A stretch of 64,000 nucleotides of DNA. Origin: a bacterium. Its GTDB lineage: Bacteria; UBA8248. Under the pieces are notes generated by a model. It had not been told where the DNA came from. It did not search any database and saw only the letters and a list, made by a program, of their open reading frames with translations. Positions 48,149 to 57,687 of this stretch are shown piece by piece; position 1 is the first letter of the stretch, and the number at the start of each line of letters is the position of its first letter. The position numbers and the translations under genes are program-made. The stretch lies in NCBI GenBank assembly GCA_965213625.1, contig CBDBZU010000004.1, positions 1,632,001 to 1,696,000 of the forward strand, written 5' to 3'.

Positions 48149-49474
48149 CGCCAAAAGCCATGACTTTCAGGGGCGAACGGCGTATTCTCGTTTGGGCGAC
48201 GCGGTCTTGCCGGGAGTTTGACGCCGATTAATTTATTCTGTTTTCTTTTTCTTGCGCTGCCGTCTTATGCGCCTGTTTCCGCGAAACGGGGCATGACTTC
48301 ACGGGCCAGGGTTTCGATAATTTCGTAGCGTTCTTCCAGCCGGAAAGGCATGGCAACGATGACCTTCTCCACTCCTATCTCTTGTAGAGTTTCGAAGCGG
48401 GCGACGATGTCGTTCGGCGTGCCTACGACGGCGAAGCGGTCCACCATGTAATCGGTGATGAGGCTTGCGTTCTTTGTCTTGTGGCCTACGTCGCTCTCGT
48501 CACACTTCTCACGAAAGGCCTGCACGTCCGGCAGGTGCTCTTCCGGCACCGCATGGAAGCCCATGCGAAAATTATGGTTGGCACGGTTGCACAGGCGCGC
48601 CCGAATTGCCCGGCGAACCGCGTCGCGGTCTTCACCGACGCTGACGATGAAATCGAACCAGATTGGCACATGGCCGGGTTCGCGGCCGGCGCGCGCCTCA
48701 CCCTCTGCGATGCAGCCCCGTGCCCACTCGATTACCTCAGGCGTCGCGCCCGCGCCAAGAATGACCGCATCGGCCAGTTCTCCGGCGATGGACAGCATTT
48801 TCGGACCGTCGGCTGCGAGGCAAATCGGTATGTGCGGCTTCCGCCAGTTGGACCGCATTCGCGCACCCTCGTAGGTTACGGGCTCGCCGTCCAGCAATCC
48901 ACGAATTACGGACAGATATTCCCGCATTTCCGCCAGACGAGCGGCGCGCTTGCCGAGCAGGTATACCGCCGTATCGCCGGAGCCGACACCGAGGAAAGTG
49001 CGCCGCGGGGTGATCGCGTAATCGATCGACCCGAACGCATTGGCGACGACCGCCGGATGCCGGATGAAGGGGACGGTCACACCGGTACCGATCCCGGCGC
49101 GTTCGGTTGCTCCGGCGGCAAGCGCCATGACGACGAAGGGATCGCGCAGGTGGAAGTGCGACAGGGAAACCGTGTCGGAGAACAGCAGCGGATCGAAGCC
49201 GAGCTCTTCTGCGCGCTGCACGAATTTCAGATATTCCGGGATCGGCGTGAATTCGTTCTGGGGTCCGATGCGGAGGCCGATCTGCATCTAATATATCTCC
49301 TCATGGCTTGAGTCCGGTAATCGGGTGAGGTTGGCGCCTTGATGTTCTCGAGCCTTATCCTGCCTTGTCATGCCCCGTCAAGTCGATGGCGGGTGTTGAA
49401 GCGCTCCGGTGACGAACCTGCCCTGCACGACGCGCCAAAAGCCATGACTTTCAGGGGCAAACGGCGTATTCTCG
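48149..49474 (+). repeat. 42-bp direct repeat (48149-48190 and 49433-49474) bracketing an LLM gene
   Basis: CGCCAAAAGCCATGACTTTCAGGGGC(G/A)AACGGCGTATTCTCG, 41/42 identical. Contains ATGACT-17-TATTCT. Confidence 0.88.
48265..49287 (-). CDS. LLM-class (Mer-like) oxidoreductase
   Basis: AEELGFD, GTGVTVPFIRHP, AADGPKMLSIAGELADAV. Confidence 0.85.
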   Translation of the reverse strand: MQIGLRIGPQNEFTPIPEYLKFVQRAEELGFDPLLFSDTVSLSHFHLRDPFVVMALAAGATERAGIGTGVTVPFIRHPAVVANAFGSIDYAITPRRTFLGVGSGDTAVYLLGKRAARLAEMREYLSVIRGLLDGEPVTYEGARMRSNWRKPHIPICLAADGPKMLSIAGELADAVILGAGATPEVIEWARGCIAEGEARAGREPGHVPIWFDFIVSVGEDRDAVRRAIRARLCNRANHNFRMGFHAVPEEHLPDVQAFREKCDESDVGHKTKNASLITDYMVDRFAVVGTPNDIVARFETLQEIGVEKVIVAMPFRLEERYEIIETLAREVMPRFAETGA

Positions 49475-49528
49475 AACCGAATTCTGCGCTGCTATCGTTT
49501 ATCGGGTCATTCTCTCGGGAGGCTTTTG

Positions 49529-50032
49529 ATGATTCGCTCCATCCGTCTGCAGCACATGGGGATAAAGGTGCGCGACCTGGAGCGCTCCGTAAAATTCTAC
49601 TCCGAAGTCCTGGGCTTCAAGCTGCGATCGCGCCACGAGGCGGGCAGCCACCCGGCGGCCCCGTTCGGCTCCGCGTTCATGTATCTGGACGACTACCACC
49701 ACCAACTGGCGATATTCAGCGTGCCCGAGGACTGGGTGGATGAGGGGGGTGAGGACACCGTGCCGCGCCGCGACACAGGATTGCACCACCTGGCGTTCGA
49801 GGTGGCCGACCAGGCGGCGTTCGACGACGCGGTGGCCTACATCCGCTCGCGTACCGACATCGAGGTCGTCTGGGGACCCTTGCGCTTGGATGAGAGCAAC
49901 GGCCTCTGGGGCGGGCACGAGGGCATCTACTTCCTGGATCCGGACGGCAACCGCATCGAGGTGTTTCACGATTCGGACATGTTCCCCGGCAGCCGACCCG
50001 CCTGGCGTGATGCGCAGGGGGATGAATGCTGA
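49529..50032 (+). CDS. VOC/glyoxalase family protein
   Basis: LQHMGIKVRDLERS..FY, GLHHLAF, YFLDPDGNRIEVF. Confidence 0.9.
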   Translation: MIRSIRLQHMGIKVRDLERSVKFYSEVLGFKLRSRHEAGSHPAAPFGSAFMYLDDYHHQLAIFSVPEDWVDEGGEDTVPRRDTGLHHLAFEVADQAAFDDAVAYIRSRTDIEVVWGPLRLDESNGLWGGHEGIYFLDPDGNRIEVFHDSDMFPGSRPAWRDAQGDEC

Positions 50033-50634
50033 TCGACGGCGTGAGCCTGCTCGCCCTGGCGGTGGTTCTCGGCGTGGTCGTCTACTGCGTTTTCTTCCGC
50101 GACGTCTGGCTGACCCGCCGGATGAAGCCGCTGATCGAAATTCTGGATGCGGGGAGCCGCCTCGAAAGAGGTCGCCTGAGCGGTGGATATTCGGGCAAGC
50201 GCGCCTGGTTCGAGTATCGCGCGCAAAGCGGCGGGAACCCCGCCATAATGCGGGTCGGGATCGCCTGCACGGCTTCCCATTCGTTCAGAATTCACAAGAA
50301 AGAAGAGAGCCTGCAGCCTGCCGAGCGCGCTTGTCTCGAGAATGAAATCGCCAGTCCGAATCATCAGACCTTCTACTCGGGCGATCCGCTTTGGGATTCG
50401 GAACTCACTCTGGCGGCGGACTCAGAAGCCTCGTTCAGGCGCTGGATCAACCGGCCCGACGTGCACGAAACTGTTGGCTCGATTGTTTTGCGGCCTCTCA
50501 GCACCATCATTCTCTGCGAGCGGGGCGCGTTGTGCGCCGTCTATCTGGGACCGGGTGCTGAGGCCGTCTTCCAGAGCCGCTTCGCGAGGGACGCGCTGGA
50601 TGAACTCGTATCGCTCAGCGAAACCCTGGTTTGA
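50026..50634 (+). CDS. Hypothetical membrane-anchored protein
   Basis: N-terminal hydrophobic helix. Overlaps the VOC gene stop, with a GGGGG RBS. Confidence 0.6.
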   Translation: MLIDGVSLLALAVVLGVVVYCVFFRDVWLTRRMKPLIEILDAGSRLERGRLSGGYSGKRAWFEYRAQSGGNPAIMRVGIACTASHSFRIHKKEESLQPAERACLENEIASPNHQTFYSGDPLWDSELTLAADSEASFRRWINRPDVHETVGSIVLRPLSTIILCERGALCAVYLGPGAEAVFQSRFARDALDELVSLSETLV

Positions 50635-50702
50635 GGAAGAGCTAATAAACTCGAAGGTAAGCGCACATTAGTCTTACGTGCTCATTGGTCGAATCCTGAA
50701 AA

Positions 50703-51185
50703 CTATTTTTTCAGCGGTGGAAGCCTCAGCAGAATGAGTTCGAATTTCTTGTCCATTTTTTCATCCAGGCGGCTTATTTTCTGATCCAACTGGTCGAATT
50801 TCTTCTCGATTTTATGGTCCAGCAGTTCTATTTGCTTGTCTATCTTCTGATTCAGCAGGGTGATTTTCCTGTCGAGTTTCTCGTCCAGACGACCTACTTT
50901 CTCGTCCAGGCGACTTATTCTTTCTCCGTTGCGCCGTATGTCTTTCTTGATACCATCGAAACGCACATCCATGTACTTCTCGAAGCGAATGATGGAGACG
51001 TTCGTGTTCCCGTCCGCCGCATCGAGCCTCTCGACTTCCGCGTCGACGCGCTCCTTGACGGGCGTGACCTGGGCGCTGACCATGAATACCGTGAATTGAT
51101 AGATACCGCCCGCTATCGCGGCCATGAACAGCCCGAACGTCCATACGCCGGCGTTGGTTTTGAAATGGTCGAAGAGTTTTTGCAT
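50703..51185 (-). CDS. Membrane-anchored coiled-coil repeat protein (Bdr/DUF1640-like)
   Basis: One TM helix followed by RLDEK / LDxKI repeats. GGAGG RBS and a TTGACT-17-TAGTCT promoter at 51236-51264. Confidence 0.75.
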   Translation of the reverse strand: MQKLFDHFKTNAGVWTFGLFMAAIAGGIYQFTVFMVSAQVTPVKERVDAEVERLDAADGNTNVSIIRFEKYMDVRFDGIKKDIRRNGERISRLDEKVGRLDEKLDRKITLLNQKIDKQIELLDHKIEKKFDQLDQKISRLDEKMDKKFELILLRLPPLKK

Positions 51186-51321
51186 GGATCCCCCCGCCTC
51201 CGGTGAGTAAGAAAGAGTACGGGTCCTCTACACAGAGACTAGTAATTTTGGACCGAAAAGTCAAAAATGCATCAAAAGCAGTCTTTCCTCATTCCCCGTT
51301 CTTTATGGATATCCCCCTTTG

Positions 51322-51348
51322 GTAGGGGCGGTTCGCGAACCACCCTAC
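51322..51348. repeat. GTAG-class REP palindrome
   Basis: GTAGGGGCGGTTCGCGAACCACCCTAC. Confidence 0.65.
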
Positions 51349-51471
51349 TGTGTGAAGGAATTGCAGGTTCGGAAGCGATTGGAACTGCGGAGCACCCCCG
51401 CCTTTCCGCCTCCCCCGCATCTGTACTAGAATCGCCGGAACTTCAACCCGAACGTGAGGGGAGTTTTCCGC

Positions 51472-52590
51472 ATGGTGAACAATCACGAACGCCCGGAGCC
51501 GCGCTTCGACTGGTTCATCCCGATCGACGGCGACGGCGAGCACATCGGCACGACGCGGGCCGAGCGTCCGCCCACGTATGAATACCTGAGCGAGGTGGTC
51601 AAGGCGGCGGCGGAGAACGATTTCTACTCCATGCTCATCCCCACGCGCTTCGCCAACGGGCTATTCGACCAGAGAGCGCCGCTGGCGGAAACATGGACGA
51701 TGGTGACGGCCTTGGCAGCGCAAAGCCGGAAAATACGCTTCCTGATAGCCGTGCGTCCGGGGTTCGTGAACCCGGGCCTCTTCGCGCAGATGGCGGCCAC
51801 GCTCAGCCAGATAACGGGCGGGCGCGTGGATTTGAACGTCGTGCCCGGCGGCATCAAGGGAGAGTTCGAAAAGATGGGGGAGCGCATCGACCACGATACG
51901 CGCTACGAGCGCGCAGAAGAATTTATCGCCGCTATCCGAAAACTCTGGGAGCGGCCTGAGCCTGTCAGCTTCGACGGGGATTTCGTGAAGCTGAATGACG
52001 TGCACTGCTCGCCCGGTCCGGCGGGAGAGACGCCAAAGTTCTATCTCGGCGGCGCATCGCCCGCCGCGCTCAAGCTTGCGGGAACGCAGTCGGACGTATA
52101 TCTCGGCTGGATAGGGCCGGTGGAGGAGACCCGAAAGCACCTGGAGCGCGCGCGTGCTTCTTTCGCCGAGTCGGGGCGAACGCCCGTATTCGGGGTGCGC
52201 TCCCATCTCGTGATGCGCGACACCGAGGACGAAGCCTGGGAGGAGACGCAAGAACTCCTCAGTAGAGCGGAGGATTCCGTGAAAGCGCAGCGCGGCGCGC
52301 TGGTGGCCGGCACGAGCATGGTGGGCGCCGCCGCCCAGGCGCGCGCGTTCGATGATTTCCGGGTCGGGCCTCATCTTTGGAACGGCATCTCCCAGGTGCG
52401 GGTGAACTGCGGCTCGGCGCTCGTGGGAACGCCCGGGCAGATCGCAGAGGAGCTTCTCGGCTACTGGCGGCTGGGCATCGACGAGTTCATCCTCTCGGGC
52501 TACCCCCACGTGGAGGAATGCCACCGCACCGCGCGCGACCTGATCCCCCGAATCAAGGAGATGATAGAGCGCGAACGGGCGGCGGCGTAG
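51472..52590 (+). CDS. LLM-class flavin monooxygenase (SsuD/SfnG-like)
   Basis: WFIPIDGDG, FLIAVRPG, GGRVDLNVV, YLGGASPA, GSALVGTP, GIDEFILSGYPH. Confidence 0.88.
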   Translation: MVNNHERPEPRFDWFIPIDGDGEHIGTTRAERPPTYEYLSEVVKAAAENDFYSMLIPTRFANGLFDQRAPLAETWTMVTALAAQSRKIRFLIAVRPGFVNPGLFAQMAATLSQITGGRVDLNVVPGGIKGEFEKMGERIDHDTRYERAEEFIAAIRKLWERPEPVSFDGDFVKLNDVHCSPGPAGETPKFYLGGASPAALKLAGTQSDVYLGWIGPVEETRKHLERARASFAESGRTPVFGVRSHLVMRDTEDEAWEETQELLSRAEDSVKAQRGALVAGTSMVGAAAQARAFDDFRVGPHLWNGISQVRVNCGSALVGTPGQIAEELLGYWRLGIDEFILSGYPHVEECHRTARDLIPRIKEMIERERAAA

Positions 52591-52715
52591 GGTCTTTCAT
52601 GGCGGCGGATTCGTTTCGTGTGAAATGAAAATACGTTCACTGCAAGAGGAATATTTGAATGGTTTTGTAGAGGACGCAGACCTGCGTCCCTTTCAGGCGC
52701 CGAACACCTGTGATC

Positions 52716-52989
52716 GGGGCGCATATCTGGGTGTGTTGAAAAACCCCTCTCCGCCTCATCCTGAGTAGCGGCGAAGCCGCATATCGAAGGATGCCCTCTC
52801 GCACCGGCTCGAGGCGTTCTACTCCCCTCGCCCTTCGATACGCCGCCTTCGGCGGCTACTCAGGGTGAGGAAAGAGGCGTTGGCGGTTTGCGGGGGATCG
52901 CAAACGGGGGTGTCGCTTTTACCCCCTGACAAGGGGTGGGTACTCTCTTGACAAAGGATTTTTCAACAGCCCCATATGTGTCCCCTACA
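52716..52989. mobile_element. Second MITE/REP composite
   Basis: GGGTGTGTTGAAAA ... TTTTCAACAGCCCC ends. Internal CCTCATCCTGAGTAG...TATCGAAGG / CCTTCGATA...CTACTCAGGGTGAGG at 52754-52870. Flanked by GGGGCGCATAT / ATATGTGTCCCCTAC. Confidence 0.6.
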
Positions 52990-53058
52990 GCAACTATCAA
53001 TCGTAGGGGAAAATGAAGATTGTAATTACTAACGATAGAGCCACTTAAAGGAGAGATC

Positions 53059-54042
53059 ATGAAAGCCGTCTGGTATGAAGCGTATGGCCCGGCCAGGGAA
53101 GTGCTGAAATTCGGTGAACTCGAAATGCCGGAGCCAGGGGCCGGCGAGGTGCGGGTGCGGCTCCACGCCTCGGGCGCGAATCCCTCCGACTACAAGGCGC
53201 GCCTGGGTTCCCGCGGCGAGATGGGCTGGCCGAGAGTCATCCCGCATTCAGACGGCGCAGGCGTCATCGAGAGCGTGGGCGATGGGGTGGACGCCTCCCG
53301 CGTGGGCGAGCGCGTCTGGATTTTTAACGGCCAGTGGCAAAGGGCATACGGCACGGCGGCGGAGTACATCGTCCTGCCCGAGCGGCAGGCGGCGCCGCTG
53401 GCGGATTCGGTGGATTTCGCCCAGGGGGCCTGTCTGGCGATTCCGGCGATGACGGCCCACAGGGCGCTGTTTTTAGATGGGCCGATTGCGGGGCAGACCG
53501 CGCTCGTCACCGGTGGAGCGGGCGCCGTGGGACGCTACGGCGTGCAGCTCGCCAAGTGGGGGGGCGCCGAGGTCATCGCCACGGTCAGCAACGATGAAAA
53601 AGCGGAGATCGCGCGTGACGCGGGCGCGGACCACGTGGTGAACTACCGTGATGAAGACGCGGCGGAGCGCATCATGGAAATTACCGGTGGGGCGGGTGTG
53701 GACAGGATTTGCGAGGTGGATTTCGGCGAGAACCTGGACGTCACCCGCAAGGTGCTCAAGGGAAACGGAACCGTCGCGGCCTACGGCTCCACGCGCGCTC
53801 CCGAGCCGGTGCTGCCTTGGTACCAGATGATGCCCGAGAACACGGCCATCCGCATGGTATTCGTCTACACTATGCCGGATTCCGCCATTGCCCAGGCGTG
53901 CAGCGATATTAACTCCGCGTGCGGGGCGGGCGCGCTCACCCACCACATCGGCGCGCGCTTTTCCCTGGAAGACACCGCCGCCGCGCATGAGATCATGGAG
54001 AATTTCGCGAACGTCGGGAACGTGGTGGTGGAAATCGATTAA
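53059..54042 (+). CDS. NADPH:quinone reductase (MDR family)
   Basis: GANPSDYK, PHSDGAG, TGGAGAVG. Confidence 0.9.
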   Translation: MKAVWYEAYGPAREVLKFGELEMPEPGAGEVRVRLHASGANPSDYKARLGSRGEMGWPRVIPHSDGAGVIESVGDGVDASRVGERVWIFNGQWQRAYGTAAEYIVLPERQAAPLADSVDFAQGACLAIPAMTAHRALFLDGPIAGQTALVTGGAGAVGRYGVQLAKWGGAEVIATVSNDEKAEIARDAGADHVVNYRDEDAAERIMEITGGAGVDRICEVDFGENLDVTRKVLKGNGTVAAYGSTRAPEPVLPWYQMMPENTAIRMVFVYTMPDSAIAQACSDINSACGAGALTHHIGARFSLEDTAAAHEIMENFANVGNVVVEID

Positions 54043-54274
54043 AGCAAGCGGGGCTGCCCGGACGCTGAATTTTCCCTTGAAAGATGGCCCGTGAGGGCCT
54101 ATATTTGAAGTAGATCATAGGGGGTTGATGGCGTGATGAAGTCTAGTCCCCTGAAGCAGCGCGCCGGCCTCTCGGGGGATGACAACAGATAGCCGGCGCA
54201 GATCCTCCAGAGGTTCCGCTTTTTGTTGGTTGTGCATGCAACATCGTGCATTTTTCATATCGGAGGGAAACGCC

Positions 54275-54787
54275 ATGCGAATATACGATCCCAAGAAAGT
54301 ACTGGCAGCCGTCGATTTCTCGGACCTTAGCAGGGGCGTCCTGAAAGTCGCTGCGGAGATCGGGGAGAATCGAAACGCGGAAGTCATGGCCATCCACGTG
54401 GCCAGAAACCCCGACTACGCGGCCAAATACGGCGGCTATGGCGCGGAACTCATGGGCACTATCTCTCCGAGTAAATTGCTCGAGGATACGCGCGTCGAGC
54501 TGCAGAGCAATCTCGATGTGATGACGAAACAGATTGAATCGGCCGTGCCCATCGAGACCCTCGTCGTCTTCGGCGAACCGGTGAAGGAGATCGTCCAATT
54601 CGCCGACACGGGGGATTTCGACCTCCTCGTCATGGGCACGCACGGCCACAACATGGTGAGCCGCTTCCTGATCGGCAGCGTCTCCGAGCAGGTTCTCCGG
54701 CGCGCACCCTGCCCGGTGTTCCTGTTGAGGGACAAGGTGGCCCTGAAGAAACTGGAGGAAATGGAAGCGGAATCGGTTGAAAGCTAG
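54275..54787 (+). CDS. Universal stress protein
   Basis: VLAAVDFS, DLLVMGTHG, LIGSVSEQVLRRAPCPV. Confidence 0.93.
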   Translation: MRIYDPKKVLAAVDFSDLSRGVLKVAAEIGENRNAEVMAIHVARNPDYAAKYGGYGAELMGTISPSKLLEDTRVELQSNLDVMTKQIESAVPIETLVVFGEPVKEIVQFADTGDFDLLVMGTHGHNMVSRFLIGSVSEQVLRRAPCPVFLLRDKVALKKLEEMEAESVES

Positions 54788-54802
54788 AATCAAGCCGCAT
54801 CG

Positions 54803-54845
54803 CATCGCCCTCTCCGGAACCGTGCCGGGGAGGGCGATTTTTTTG
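54803..54845 (+). terminator. Rho-independent terminator
   Basis: ATCGCCCTCTCCGG / CCGGGGAGGGCGAT stem plus T-tract. Confidence 0.8.
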
Positions 54846-54925
54846 TTTTCTCCCCGTTTCCACCCTCTCTTGAACCCCCTGCCGTTTGCGGACCTGAAAT
54901 AACGGAAGATGCTTCTTCTCGCCTG

Positions 54926-54953
54926 TTGACAAATATCACCGCTTTAATAGAAT
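54926..54953 (+). promoter_or_regulatory. Sigma70-like promoter of the ABC operon
   Basis: TTGACA-16 nt-TAGAAT. Confidence 0.6.
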
Positions 54954-55106
54954 GCGTTGTTACCTAGGCATTATGAGTTGCATATACGGACCGAGGGGCG
55001 GATTTTCTCTTTCCGCTGACCGGCGCTTCATCATGTTGATGAGCGTACGACGCGGATTTTATTTTGCGCTCTCGGTCAACACCCATGAAATAAGGAGGAG
55101 CACCAG

Positions 55107-56558
55107 ATGAGCGAGAAGCAAATCAAAAGAAGAAGCCTCCTGAAGGCCGGTCTGGCAACCGCCGTTGCGGGTCCCGCCGTTCTCGGCGGCGCAGGCAAAG
55201 CCTATGCCGGGCCCGAGGAGGACGCCGTCATCAAGGCGGGGAAGAAGCTGGGCGGCGCCAAGCTGAACGGAATGATGTGGGGCCTCTACTGGCGCAACTA
55301 CCCCGACCTGAACCGCGAATTCAACAAAGCCACCGGCATCTCCATGGACAAGGTCAGTGACGTTCCCAACCTGCAGATTCCGCAGCGGGCCATGGCCGAG
55401 GCCATCACGCGCTCGGGCAAGTTCGACATCTTTCACGTCGAGTCCATGATGATTCCCTCCCTCGCTGCGGCGGGCATGCTCGAACCTCTCGACGGCTATA
55501 TGAAGTCTGCCGGCTTCGACCTCAAGATGGTGGGGAACTTCGAGACCTTCATGCAGTATCAGGGCAAGACCTACGCCATGCCCACGGACGGAAACGTCTG
55601 CCCGCAGTTCATCCGCAAGGATCTCTTTGACAATCCAGACGAGCGCAAGGCCTTCGCCGACAAGCACGGCAAGCCCTTGAAGTGGCCGGTCACGTGGGAA
55701 GACGAACTCGAGGTGATGAAGTTCTTCCACAGGCCCGACAAGGAACTCTACGGCTTCGGCGGGCTGCGCGACAAGGCGAACAGCAGCTTCTGGTACTGGA
55801 TGTACCTCTACAGCGCGGGCGGTTTCCCGTTCGACGATGACGCCAACCCCACGCTGAACACGCCTGCGGCCGAGTACGCCTTTGACACCTGGCTCGCTCG
55901 CAAGCAGGTTTCTCACCCCGAGGCGAGCGCTTGGGGTTCGCCGCAGATGATCCCCCGGATCCGCAACGGAAAGATTTTCTCGTGCCAGTACTGGGACGGG
56001 ATTATCGCGCTCATCGAAAGCCCGACGGCGAAGACCAAGACCAGGGGCATGTGGCATTACGGACTCGTGCCGGGCTCGAAGTTCTCCGGCAAGCTCATCC
56101 ACCGCGCCTTCTCCGCTCCGGTGATGGCCATGGTCGTGAACAAGCACAGCCCGCGCAAGAAACAGGCCGTCGCATGGGCGATGTACATGAGCACCTACAA
56201 GAACAGCGCAGAGGTTGTGGGTCATCCGAAGTTCACCTTCCACGACCCCTGGCATCCCAAGCACATGACCGACCCGCAGGTGACCAAGGTCTACACCAAG
56301 CCGGGAATCAAATCCGTGGAGGACAACCTCCTCGTCACATGCCCGCCGCCGTACGTGACCGGCTACCAGGAGTTCAAGGAAGTCGTCGACCGGAACCTCT
56401 CCGAGGCCTACGCGGGCCGCAAGAAGGGCGCCAAAAAGGTGATGGGCGACATCCAGAACGAGTGGGCCAAGATTATCCGAAAGGTCGGCAAGCGCAAACT
56501 CAAGAGGGAGATTCCCTTCTACAAGGCTATGATGCCGAAAGTGAACGTTCCTTCGTAG
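55107..56558 (+). CDS. Tat-exported CUT1-type ABC substrate-binding protein
   Basis: KRRSLLK signal, LEPLDGY, YAMPTDG, RKDLF, PVTWE. TAAGGAGG RBS. Confidence 0.88.
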   Translation: MSEKQIKRRSLLKAGLATAVAGPAVLGGAGKAYAGPEEDAVIKAGKKLGGAKLNGMMWGLYWRNYPDLNREFNKATGISMDKVSDVPNLQIPQRAMAEAITRSGKFDIFHVESMMIPSLAAAGMLEPLDGYMKSAGFDLKMVGNFETFMQYQGKTYAMPTDGNVCPQFIRKDLFDNPDERKAFADKHGKPLKWPVTWEDELEVMKFFHRPDKELYGFGGLRDKANSSFWYWMYLYSAGGFPFDDDANPTLNTPAAEYAFDTWLARKQVSHPEASAWGSPQMIPRIRNGKIFSCQYWDGIIALIESPTAKTKTRGMWHYGLVPGSKFSGKLIHRAFSAPVMAMVVNKHSPRKKQAVAWAMYMSTYKNSAEVVGHPKFTFHDPWHPKHMTDPQVTKVYTKPGIKSVEDNLLVTCPPPYVTGYQEFKEVVDRNLSEAYAGRKKGAKKVMGDIQNEWAKIIRKVGKRKLKREIPFYKAMMPKVNVPS

Positions 56559-56722
56559 AATGTAAACTCCTCTCCCCGGGGCGCGGCTCCGGGGAGGGGT
56601 TTCATGTTTCGACCGCCGGGGCCGGCGGGGAATCGCCGGCCCCGGTCGCCGACGCGATGACCGCTTCCGAATGGTTCCCGGCGTACGCTCCGATTCATTC
56701 GATACCGCAGGAGTATTTTTGA

Positions 56723-57685
56723 ATGGCAACAGCCACAATTGCGCAGCCCAAGGGTAGACGCTCCACCCGCGCCCGGGGCGTGCGCATATTCAAATGGAGC
56801 GCGCTCTCACCGCTGATTCTTCTGTTCCTGTTCCTGATGCCCGTTTTTCTCCTGCAGATATACTTTTCGCTCCATTCCTGGACGGTCTATCTCTCCACCT
56901 GGTTCGACGCGGAGTTCGTGGGGCTGGAGTTGTTCCAGGAGGTGTTGACCGAAGGGCGTTTCTGGAGGGCCATGGGGCGTTCGCTCCTGTTCGCGGGCCT
57001 CTCGACGCTGGGTTGCTTCATATGCGGCTTCATTCTGGCGCTGTTGATGTACAAGCCCTTCCGGGGGCAGGCGTTCTTCTACATTCTCTTCATCCTCCCG
57101 ATGCTGACGGTGCCCGTGGTGATCGCCTATACCGCCGACATGCTCCTGTACGAGAAAGGGCCCATCAACGGGTTCCTGAGCTATTTCCTGCCGGGAGACC
57201 TCTCGAAGTTCACCTGGCTGGCGAACCCCGATATCGCCATCTTTACGATCATACTGTTGGAAGTATGGAACTGGACGCCATTCGTCTTCATCATCATGCT
57301 GGCGGGCCTCTCCTCGCTGCCGAGCGAACCGGTGGAAGCCGCCCGCATTTTGGGGGCGAGCCGCCTGCAGATTTTCCGCGAGATCCAGCTCCCTCTCCTG
57401 CGACCCGTCATATTCCTGGCGCTCATCCTGCGTTTCCTCGAAGCCATGGCGGAGTTTCCAAAAACGTGGGGTCTCATCCAGGGAGGGCCGGGCACCGCCA
57501 CAGAAACCATACCCATCTATCTTTATTTCACGACCTGGGTGTCGTTCGACATATCGAAGGGCGCGGCGATGTCCTACGTCGTCATGGTCATCATGATATT
57601 CATTGTTCTCACGGCCATCTATGTGCTGCGCCGCGAGAAGCGGGCGATCGACGCCCTGCATGAAACGTCGCGCACGGAGGCCTAG
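56723..57685 (+). CDS. Carbohydrate ABC permease (MalF-like)
   Basis: WNWTPF, EAARILGAS, GGPGTATET. Confidence 0.9.
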   Translation: MATATIAQPKGRRSTRARGVRIFKWSALSPLILLFLFLMPVFLLQIYFSLHSWTVYLSTWFDAEFVGLELFQEVLTEGRFWRAMGRSLLFAGLSTLGCFICGFILALLMYKPFRGQAFFYILFILPMLTVPVVIAYTADMLLYEKGPINGFLSYFLPGDLSKFTWLANPDIAIFTIILLEVWNWTPFVFIIMLAGLSSLPSEPVEAARILGASRLQIFREIQLPLLRPVIFLALILRFLEAMAEFPKTWGLIQGGPGTATETIPIYLYFTTWVSFDISKGAAMSYVVMVIMIFIVLTAIYVLRREKRAIDALHETSRTEA

Positions 57686-57687
57686 AC

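Noticed and set aside
54110-54260. Fluoride riboswitch upstream of the universal stress protein
   Set aside because: GATGG and TGATG words are present, but the P1 and pseudoknot pairings of the crcB motif are not.
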